Notes under the pieces: model-generated
What the model was told of the DNA's origin: nothing
What the model saw: the letters and a program-made list of their open reading frames with translations, nothing else
Databases searched by the model: none
From: Negaprion brevirostris
Taxonomy: Eukaryota
DNA length: 64,000 nucleotides
Assembly (NCBI GenBank): GCA_030324005.1
Contig: JARDVH010000059.1
Coordinates: forward strand, 95,730,228 to 95,794,227
Reading direction: 5' to 3'
Part shown: piece by piece, positions 12,338 through 22,479 of the stretch
Numbering within the stretch: position 1 is the first letter of the stretch
How the letters are laid out: each line of letters starts with the position of its first letter
Position numbers and translations under genes: made by a program

Positions 12338-13164
12338 ATTGCCTGCACTCAAATGGTGGTCCCTGAACCCAGTCGAATTAGCGTCGATGTCCATTTCCAT
12401 TGGGATACCTTTCAATTCATATGCCCACTTGCTGCATTTTCCAAAAATAAGGCCTGATGTAGCACCTGTTTGTAGTCCAGTTTTGCTTCCACCAACAAGA
12501 ATTTTTGGATAGTTACATTATTTATCCCACATATCAAATGGTTTCTTAGCATCTCATTAAGCATTAACTCAAATTCACAAGCTTCCACCAGTCATCTCAA
12601 GCTTTTTAAGAAACCCATTACAGACTCCCCCATTTGCTGAATTGTCAAGTAAAACAGGTACCTCCTCAGATCTGACATGGTTTATATTCCCTCACGAGGT
12701 CCGCCAATTCCTCGAAGGTTCTGGTATCTGATGCTTCCGGGAAGGTTAAGCTGTGAATAACGGCAAATGCCAGCAGTTCACAAGTGGTCAGAAGAATTAC
12801 CCATTGCATTCAATCTGCCGCAATATCATTAGCCCTAAAAAAAAAGTAACACATGCTTTCCATATATTGGGCCCAGTCCTCCACAGCCAGATCTAAAGAG
12901 TCCAGTTTCCCAAACAGAGGCATGATGCCTGAAAATGGCTTATTCCCAAGCAAAGCCTGCTGTTGGTGAGCCAGGTTCCTTGTGGTCATTCTTTTTTCTC
13001 ATCACCACTGAAATAACTCCTAGAGGCCGGTGTCCTTTCACCAGGTTCCCTTTATTTGCAAACTCCATTCCACTCCTAGATCGCTTCTGGTACACAGTCA
13101 GAACACCTGACACTCACATTTTTATGTACAGGTGAAGCTCTTTAATTGGCAGGCAATTATGACC

Positions 13165-13477
13165 ACTTTTTTTTGGGCCAAGCAAGTAAGGGGATAAATT
13201 AAAAATGGGCAAGTCCCAAAAGCAAGGGAACCACCCAAAACAAAAGACAAAGTGGAAAGGAAACTAAAACAAAATGCAATTAAAGGAGTCAATAATGCAC
13301 CGCAGTCCCTGCGGTGCCCAGCGGGCATGGAAGGTGTTAACGGTGCTCTTGCACACCTCATGCTCCCTCTCCAAGGCCACCTGGCCACAAATATAGTCAT
13401 GGTAGAGGCGCAGACAGTTGGGTTGGACGACTGCCTCCGTCACCCGCTGCCGGACCTGTTTATGGCAAGTTCAGGCC
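13165..13477 (-). mobile_element. 5'-truncated Tx1-clade LINE inserted in the 5' LTR
   Basis: Minus strand encodes ..LAINRS..EAVVQPNCLRLYHDYICGQVALEREHEVCKSTVNTFHARWAPQGLRCIIDSFNCILF*, with an A-rich 3' end. TSD attatgac at 13156-13163 and 13478-13485. Confidence 0.8.
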
Positions 13478-14074
13478 ATTATGACTCAATCAGGGAGTTC
13501 AAGAGGCCAACTTCATGCACCTCATTATTACAATAGGATCAGCAGTTAGGTGTTTGGTTGGATAGCAAATTGTTGCATTCTTGCACAGCAAGTGAGTAAT
13601 AAAGAAAGTCACAATGCATGGAGCCAAATTACAAATGGAGTTCCACTTGAGGTCACTGCTCTTCACCATTCTCAAAAGTAGTCTGAATGTGGGTGTTAAC
13701 AGTACCATTCACAGGTTTGCTGATGACACAAAAAATGTGCACTGGAGTTGTGAACTGGCTGATACATTTTTGGAAGTGTATCTATTTGTGACAGATGTCC
13801 CTCTGTATGACTTTATGCAGTGTGACAGATGTGGGTCTAGGTCACTCAAGTATCTGTATAACGTGCAAGAATTCTCAATTAAAGGTTGCAGAGCAGAAGG
13901 ACTGGGCAGGGGTGTAAGGGGTTTTACAGCGGATAAAACAGTGATGGTCCATAAACTTTTGTGACTGGACTACTGACAAAGAAAATATGGTTTTAAGATA
14001 TATTGATAGAAACACTAATTGGCTTGTACAGGAGGTGGTATAGCTATATTTAGGTAACCATGTCCAACCTGAGC

Positions 14075-15730
14075 CACACTTGGAGCAAGGAATGTCAATA
14101 CCCAGAGATCTTGAGATTTGGAGGAGGCCAAAATGGATCATCCATATCTTCTGGTTGAAGACGGTTGCAACTGCTTCAGCTTTATCTTCTACACTGATGT
14201 GCTGGGCACCTCCAAGATTGAGGATGGAGACATATGTCGAGCCTGCTCCTCCAGCAAGTTGTTTAATCATCCAGCACCATTCACAACTAGATGTGGCAGG
14301 ACTGCAGAGCTTAGATCTGATCCGATGGTTGTGTGTCTGTCTACCACATTGTTTTTTCGCTCATTTGACATACGAGATGTCCTGCGTTGTAGATTCACCA
14401 AGTCGACACCTCATTTTTAGGTTTGCCTGGTGTTGCTCCTGGCATGCCCTCCTGCACTCTTCCTTGAACCAGGGTTTATTCCTTGGCTTGGGGGTAATGG
14501 TAGAGTGGGGGATATGCTAGGCCATGAGGTTACAGATTGCGGTTAAGTAAAATTCTGTTGCTGCTGATGCCCACAGCGCCTCACGGATGCCCAGTCTTGA
14601 GTTGCTAAACTTGTTCAAAGACTATCCCATTTAGCATGGTGGTAGTTCCACACAACACAATGGAGGACATCCACAATGTGAAGACAGAATGTTGTCTCCA
14701 CAAGGGCTACGCAATGGTCACTACTACTGATACCATTACGAACAGATGCATCTGTGGCATGCAGTTTGGTGAGGAAGAAGTCAAGTATGCTTTTCCCCCT
14801 TGTTGGTTTCCTCACCACTTGACACAGTCCAAGCTATGTTCTTGCCAGTGATCTGCGGTGGCAATACTGAGCACTTTGGTGATGGAAATAGAACAGACCC
14901 AGGAGTACATTCTGCACCCTTACCACCTCCAAGTGGTGTTCAACATGAGGACTACTGATTCTTCAGCTGAGGGGAGAAGGTACTTTATAATCAGTAAATT
15001 TCCTTATCCATACTTGCCCTGACACCATGAAACTTCATAGGGTTCAGAAACGATGTTGAGGACACCCAAGGCAATTCCCTTCTGATTGTATACCATTATG
15101 CCGCTATCTCTGTATGTTGGTGGAACAGGTCATACCCAGAAATGGGGTTAGTGCTGAATAGGACACTACCTATAAGGCCTGATTCTGTATGACTGTGACT
15201 CCAAAGATCTGCACGTTAAGTTGACTAGCCACACTATTGTTCACTTAGTGTCAGGGGATTAGCAGGTGAAATACATGGGGTTATGGGGATAGGGCCTGGG
15301 TGGGATTGTTGTTAGTATAGCTCCAATGGGTTGTATGACCTCATTCTGCACAGTAGGACTCTATGATTCTATGTCAGGCTGTTGCTTGACTAGTCTGTGA
15401 GATAGTTCTCCCAATTTTGGCACAAGCCCCAAGATGTTAGAAAGAGGATTTTGCAAGGTCAACACGGCTCAGTTTGCTGTTGTTTCTGATGCCTAGGTCG
15501 ATTCCAGGTGGTCCATTCCTTTTTGTTTTCTTTGTACAATAAAGTGATTTGCGAGGCCATTTAAGACTCAACCACAATTAGGTTTCATGGTCATCATTGG
15601 ACTTTTAATTACAGATGTTTAATTGAATTTCATCTGCTGTGGTGGGATTCAAACTGGGTCTCCAGAGTGTTACCCTGGATCTCTGGATTACTAGTCCAGT
15701 TACAACACCACTGTAGCAGTGCCTTTCCCT
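14075..15730 (-). mobile_element. L2-like LINE 5' half with a tRNA-derived 5' end
   Basis: Endonuclease motifs (PTRGKSILDFFLT, SSDHCVALVE) run into a 5' UTR that ends in an A/B-box tRNA-like head at ~15640-15730. Confidence 0.7.
15195..15372 (+). mobile_element. 5'-truncated HE1 SINE inside the L2-like element
   Basis: tccaaagat..gtgtcaggggattagcagg..ctatgattctatg tail. Confidence 0.75.
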
Positions 15731-16399
15731 CATTCAACTTTACAAAGTAGGTTGAGGAGTTCCTGAGGTGGGTGGTGGAGAGAAGAGAGAGAGAGAGCGA
15801 AATGGGATGTTGAACGCAGCTTTCCCTTGCCTGACATAGGCAGGATCAAGGTACCACATAGTCTTTATATCCCGCTGTTGATTTTTGCTTATACCTTTAC
15901 CACTGCCTTTTGCCATGCATTTTCATGTTGCCTGGCCTGTCTGATGTTGCTTCACCTGCTAAATATTTTCCAGTGTTTTCTGTTTAATTTCAGATTTCCA
16001 AGTTATTCAGCATTCAGATTTTGTCTCTCCTGCCCTTCTTTCTCACAACTATGTTTGTAGCTTTTCTCAGTCATTTATAATGTAAACTAGATCTTTGATT
16101 TCATATAATTTGTAACTGTATTGACCAATTTCAGCTAATTTTGTTTATAATTTTGGCTGTCTTCTTTGAACTACTATAGAGATAAATCTCACAGTAAGAT
16201 TAAAATTTAAAAATAATATAAAAATGGTTCTAAGATTAATTTCACAACTTTGATATAAAATACAAAATTTTCAAAAGGTATACTCAAGTCCCTATAAAAG
16301 GACACGTTAACACATATCATTTGAAGGCACATCATTGCACGTTTGCTGCTTGCAACTTACTCCTGTATATTCAAAAGGAGATGTTTTTACAAATATATT

Positions 16400-17330
16400 T
16401 GGCCCTGATTCTCCCATCCTACCGCACTAATATTTACAAATATATTTGGCCTGCTTCTCCCATTTTACTGCACTAATATTTTAGCACAGCGGGCCGGGTG
16501 ATTCTTGCATCAGCCAATTTGCAGAGTATGAGCAAGCTTGTATTGCCCAGCACTGGATTTGACGCCTGCCCTGCACCCGAGGTTGGCAAGGAGGTGCAAA
16601 AACCATTGATATAGTCATTTTAATATAAATTTAAATTTCATTAGTGAGCTCAGGACTGAAATCTCCAGACTTACTAGCATCTCCCACACCGCCAGAGACT
16701 TTCACTCCAGTGGTGATTACAGTAGCTCCCTGCTTTCGGGGAACTAGCAGCCCAACCAGCTGAAGTGAAGGGGGCAATCAGGGCTTCCTGGGCATTGGCA
16801 CCCTGGCAGTGCCGACCTGTGCCCCTGGTCAATGTGCCAACACCCAACGGGCACCTTAGCACTGCCCATCAGGACTGGGGCAGTACCAAGGGGTGGGGTA
16901 ATGGCAATTGGTGGGGCTGGGGTACCCAGCTGCCACTCTGCATAGGTATCTGTGGGGATAGCATGGAGGCCAGCAATCGGGGTGGGGGCTGGGCCTGGGA
17001 ATGGTTAGGGGGCCAGCGATCGGTCTGGCGGGGGCGGGGAGAGCCGATGTTATGGGATCACAGGGTTGGCCAGCATTTGAACTGGGCAATCGGGAGGCCT
17101 TCTGTGCAGGGCCGTTGCACATACGCCGATCTCGGCACTGACATTGTCAAATGTGCAGTAGCCCACTCAGTGTGCTGATTTCAGCTTCTTCAGCAGGGAT
17201 AGGCCCCACCCCCTGAACTTCAGTGATATTCACACCTCTGCAAGGAATAAGTGTGGAAAGTTCTTCTTTGAACTCCCACTGAAACAAACAGTGTGAATTA
17301 CTCCAGTTCTTGTGCAAATTCAACACTTAA
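16400..17330. mobile_element. GC-rich non-autonomous DNA transposon-like repeat
   Basis: ggccctgattctccc-type terminus and GC-rich core, similar in style to 37585-38125, 52198-53102 and 54977-55730. Family not identified. Confidence 0.45.
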
Positions 17331-18499
17331 AATAATTCCAATAGTTCCACTATTTCCAATAGTTATGTGAAAGTTATGGTTTCATGGCTAAAAGTATTTT
17401 TAAAAAATCATAATATGTATTAACATTAATAAGTGCTGCTCCAAACAAATTGCTCTATAATCTTTCAGAGGAATAAAGGGAAATGTCCATTTTATGTACT
17501 TGAAAATTAATATTTGCAATGTAATTTTAATGGGATTGATATCTGAATCAAAATAGCAGCAGCAGAATGCCGTGTGAACTACACCAATATTGCTGTTTCT
17601 TTTCTGCTTATAGCCTTTACATGCACCTTCATAACTTCCAAAACATTAATTATCAATGAAAACTTTAAAATCAATTACCATTAAATTCTGCATAGCCTCA
17701 ACTGGCTAAACTGTAATAGCTTTGGATTTCAATGCATATGTTTGCTTCAATATTTTAGCCTAGCAAAATCCTAGGAAGAATTACATGTGGTTAAGTGTAG
17801 TCAACATTAAATTTTTAGCTGCTACAGCCCTGGATTATCACTTCCGAGAGACATCCTATGAGAGGCAAAAATCTTGCCTGTACCTTGCATATTTTGAAAA
17901 GGTGTACGCTAAGTAACTTCCTCATTGCATTACATAAAATGTAAAAGGGAAATTAAGTCATGTAAATACTGTTACAAATAAAAACCCAATTATGTGTGGG
18001 TTGTATTAATAAAAAATGACCACTATGGGGCAGAGCCGCTTAAGAACTAAAATTAACAAATGGCAGGCACTGCAAAGGCAATCAAATATTGTAAAATCAC
18101 AATAATTAAACTGGAGATCATTAACTTGCTTAAATGAATATTTCTTCAGTTTTATGTGTTGCTCTGACTCTCAAGTGAATCCTACAATTGTTAAATCACA
18201 ACAGTCAGTCACACATTTTGTAGACTGTATGTGACAGATCCTAGCATTTTGAGGTCTCTAACTCCAGGCACAAAGCTTGTTGGCAAACATTGGAGGATGA
18301 AAACAATTTTAAATCTTTTGAAAGCATAAAAATGGTCCAAAACAGATTTGTAAGCAAAAATAGCTGTTAATCCAAAGAAGAGATTAGGAGTTAACATAAG
18401 CTGGAAGGTAGAATGAACATTCAGTTCAAATCTTGAAACATAAAAAGGTTCTAACGCAAGGGCCTCAACTCAAAACCTTAACACTACCTATGTGGCCCC

Positions 18500-18628
18500 C
18501 ACTCACCTGATGAAGGAGCCCAAGACTCCGAAAGCTAGTGCCAAATAAACCTGTTGGACTTTAACCTGGTGTTGTGAGACATCTTACTGTGCTTACCCCA
18601 GTCCAACGCCGACATCACCACATCATGC
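18500..18628 (+). mobile_element. Penelope-like element terminus with a minimal hammerhead ribozyme core
   Basis: cac-CTGATGA-a-GGAG..CTCC-GAAA-gcta-gtg (18504-18540), followed by aataaacctgttggactttaacctgg. Confidence 0.7.
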
Positions 18629-18699
18629 TGAAAGCTTCCAGCAGTATGAGTAGACCTGAATTGCGACATGATACATCTTGCTATCGTCCCACCCAAAGT

Positions 18700-19045
18700 A
18701 TACGCGAAGAAATCCAGGCTGACACCCCAGTGCACTGTTAGGAGGTTTTGTATTTCCGATTAGCCACTAAACTGATGCTCCATCTGCATTCTCTAATGGA
18801 TGCAAAAGAACACATGGTGAAAGGAGCAGGGGCATTCTCCCAATATCTTGATCACTATTTAACCTTCAACAAATATTATGGTTGAAGATTAAATATTGTT
18901 GGATGTGAGACTGTTATACAAACTGGCTTCCATATTTCTTACATTACAACAGTGACTACACTTCGGAAGTACTTCACTGGTTGCAAAAACCTTTTAGACC
19001 ACCTTAAGGTTGTGAAAGCACCATATACATACAAACCCTTTCCTT
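18700..19045 (+). mobile_element. Deu-domain SINE (SacSINE1/AmnSINE-like)
   Basis: aatccaggctgacacc.., acattacaacagtgactacactt..aagtacttca and gttgtgaaagcaccatata tail. Confidence 0.65.
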
Positions 19046-20269
19046 CTTGTTGCCAGGTGAAATTTGTGCTGTTTGCCTGGTGCTTCACAATTTAACACTG
19101 AGGAATCATTTGCACTTTGCACCAGCTATATGTCTCACATTAAATATTATATCTAATATTCTCAGATGGAAAAATGTGCAACCAATCCAGAGGAACTGCA
19201 CTGACTTTTCCAGCCATCAGGACCACTTAAGGGTTCAGAACATCGCCATCAGAGCAAGTTGCCTTCTGGATCAATTTTGTGAAAAGCAACAAATTAGCAG
19301 GCTGCTTCTTAGTCTATTCAATTACGGACAGTGGGTGAACTGAGAAGGAAGGAGGGCCAATCAATCGACTGGCAACTTTCATAACAACTAGAACGTCAGT
19401 GTGCCGCAAAGGGAAAGTCTCAAAGGAGAGGGGATCAACATGATAGCAACAAAAAGCTCAGAGGACCAGCAGCTATTTCTGCATGTGGAGACTGCTCTTA
19501 CAGACATTATTCAAATAGCTGTTCTTGCAGTGACGAGCCTCTGCCTGTGGATGCCCTCAGACTTACTATTTGCACCATTAAACATTAAGATTGCCTCTTA
19601 TTTTTATGTCACTCCAACCTCTTGCTGTGCAGTCACTTCATCAAAGTTGCAGAGGTTCTGGCATTGCCCAGGCAATGCTATAAAAACTGCATCACCGTTG
19701 GAAACTCACTGTTAATAACCCATTTAACAAGCTTAAATGGCCTCCTGTCACTACCAAGTGAGTTGCCATAACCATGTAGAAGCCACCTCCAGCAAAATGG
19801 GAGTAGATGGGAACATATTAGGGAACCAGCAAAATGTCTTTTTCTGCTATTTTTTCAACTTGCCCACATCCAAGTTTTAATGCTGCAGTGTCAGGAATTT
19901 GATTTTAACCATGGGCTTAATTTTATAGCTCCCCACTGTGAGGTTTGCAGCTGCTGCTGGCGCTAATAGCTGGCAGCTTTCTGAGGCAGGACTTCCTCCC
20001 GAGGCCCCACCTCCAGCCAATTAATACTCCTTGGAGTGTTAAATGGTTACAAGGCGACAAGTAGCATTAGGAATGCGTTTGCCACCAACTCTTCAGGTGG
20101 CGTAAATTCCTGCCTGTAACTCTGCTATGTTGACTGTATAACCAATCGTATAATTCATTCACTTTTAATTCATCATATTTTTCTTCAATACCATGCATCT
20201 GCACTTTTTCCCTTGAAACAAATGCATTTTTGCCACACTTTTAAAAAGCATTTTAGCTGCAGGTTCACC

Positions 20270-20460
20270 TTCAAGCCACACACCTTCCTGACTTGGACAT
20301 ACATCACTGTTCCTTCATTGTCACTGGGTTAAAATCCTGGAACTCCCTTCAGTAGGTGTACCTACACCACATGGACTTCAGTGGTTCAGGATGGCAGCTC
20401 AAATGCTGCCTCCTCAAATGCAATTAGGGTTTAATGTTGGCTTAGATAGTAACGCTGTGA
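20270..20460 (+). mobile_element. L2-like LINE 3' tail
   Basis: cttcattgtcactgggttaaaatcctggaactccc..ggttcaggatggcagctc, matching the tails at 7255 and 32325. Confidence 0.65.
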
Positions 20461-21269
20461 AAGAATTTTTTAAAAGTTTGTTGCATGCTTTAAAAACAAA
20501 ACATTGGAACTCTGCAATTTCAGGATGTGATATTTTTGGATGAATCGCAAAAACTACCAAACCTTCTGCAACAGAACCTCATAAATTCTCACCACACAGG
20601 GCAAGCACAATAGCAAGGATGCATCATCTCCAACTCACACCATCCACCCAACGCATCCTTATTGGTTTATTTACAAAAGGCATGCCAATTATGGCCAATT
20701 ATAACCATATTTTGATCACTCGATGGCGGTGGTGCGGTGTGTAATTTTGAGATGCTCTAAGAAAATTTGTTGGTCACATTATTTCTAAATCTACTATTAC
20801 AATGTTTTCTTGTGTATTAATCGTTTTATTAAGTAAAAAATATTAGCGGCAGTGGGCATTTTAGTTTGAACCATGTGATATTTTGAAACATTAGTCTTCC
20901 CTTAGCTTAGCTAGAATTTCATTACACAAGTGTAATTATTCAAGTCAGTCCTATTAAAAACATGAATTACAGTAGCTTTTACTTCCATCTGGGAATGGTA
21001 CATGGGTGGGGGGAGGTGGGGAAAAGTGACAATTGCCCAGTAGACTGCATACTTTTTACATAGTGCAGAGAGAGATCAGGGCGCATGCGCGATAGCAGTC
21101 AGAACCAGGTTCCCAAAAAGAAGATTCCATCCGCTCCCCCTACTGGTGATGATCACACCTTGTCTCTTTGATCTAAGTGTCATAAGATTCGATTTTTTTC
21201 CTCACCAAGAAAAACAGGTCTGAAACTCTCCCCTTTTCATGCTCTTTCAACACTTTGAATTTTTTTGCT

Positions 21270-21720
21270 AATACTGCCTCCACACACTTTCTTCCCCAAG
21301 TCCCCACACTCTCTCCTCTATAACGCCACACACTCACTCGCCCCAACTCCTCACACTCTCTCCCCGTCTCATTCATTCTCCTCCACACCCTCACATGCAC
21401 ATTCTCTCTTCCACCCCCTCCCCCAGCACACACTTCCTCTAGTCTCTCACACATGCTCTCTGCCCCAAGTCCCCATGCACTCTCTCCTTTGTAACTCCCA
21501 CATACTCTCTCTCCCCATCTCCTCACACACTCTCCCAACCCCCACACACACACACTCCCCTCTTCCTCATACACACACACTCCCCCATCCTTTCACACTC
21601 ACTCCTCCCAGGCCTTCAAACATACAACCTTTCCCCAATATCAACACACACACGCTCAACACCCCTTCATGCACGCAGACTCCTCTCATCCCCTCACGCA
21701 TACTCACTCACTGCTCCACT
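21270..21720. repeat. CA/CT-rich low-complexity tract
   Basis: Almost G-free plus strand (cacacactctccc-like units); produces spurious H/T/P/L-rich ORFs. Confidence 0.8.
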
Positions 21721-22479
21721 GTCTCGTCTGGGCATTGCATACCGCTTCTTGCCTCACCTGGGCCTCAAATTGTGCCACAGCTGCACCATTTTTTTTCTAA
21801 AAATATACTTTATTCATAAAAATCTCAATTAATCTATTGCAAACGTACAGGGCTTTGAATAGCAAACAATGTAGANNNNNNNNNNNNNNNNNNNNNNNNN
21901 NNNNNNNNNNNNNNNNNNNNNNNNNNNNNNNNNNNNNNNNNNNNNNNNNNNNNNNNNNNNNNNNNNNNNNNNNNNAAGGGGACAAAGGATTTGTCGGCCC
22001 AGTTCCTAAAGAACGGGGCCACAGCTACACCATTGCTCCAAATGGGGATGGTATATGGGTGGGGAAGAGTGTCAATTGCCCAATACGCCTGTGCCCTGTA
22101 TCGCTGCTCCAACTGTCTCACTTGGGCTCATACCACCACTCCAGCTGCCTCGCGTGGGCTCCGTATAGCCACTGCAGTTCTCTCACCTAGGCCTCACACT
22201 GCTGCTCAAGCTGCATTGTCGGGGCCTCTCACTGTCACACCAGGTGTTTCACATGGAGTCTGCAGTGCTGCTTCAGTTGCTGGCCTGGGTTCTGCACCAC
22301 CACTCCAGCTGCCTCTCCTGAGCTTTGTCCCAGCTGCCTTGCCTTGGAGGCAAGTATTGAAATTTGTCTTCAATACTTATCTTCCCATTCTTTGCTGCTC
22401 ATCCAATCATAGGCTGGTTGCTCCCTACATTTGCTATTGGTTAGGCTCATGATGTTATTATGAGAATATTGTCTTAGGG

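Larger units (their letters stand above)
8560..13532 (-). mobile_element. Full-length decayed Ty3/Gypsy LTR retrotransposon
   Basis: LTRs at 8560-8960 and 13009-13532 (TG..CA). 5-bp TSD ATAGG (8555-8559, 13533-13537). PBS-like TGGTGATGAG left of 13009 and PPT GGAGGAGAGG at 8961-8970. gag start MPLFGKLD at 12923, RT VYLDDVL near 10975, then RNase H and integrase remnants. Confidence 0.92.

Noticed and set aside
16386-16480. 47-bp tandem duplication
   Set aside because: Two diverged copies at a repeat boundary; not an array and not CRISPR-like.
17554-17600. miR-15/16-like sequence (tagcagca...ccaatattgctg)
   Set aside because: Only the seed and part of a star-like arm resemble the family; the arms do not pair into a precursor hairpin.
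21081-21090. NRF1 palindrome GCGCATGCGC as a second promoter
   Set aside because: Isolated motif with no CpG island or first-exon signals; a similar motif occurs inside a repeat near 53012.
21173-21819. 184-aa and 135-aa ORFs
   Set aside because: Products of a CA/CT low-complexity tract that lacks stop codons.
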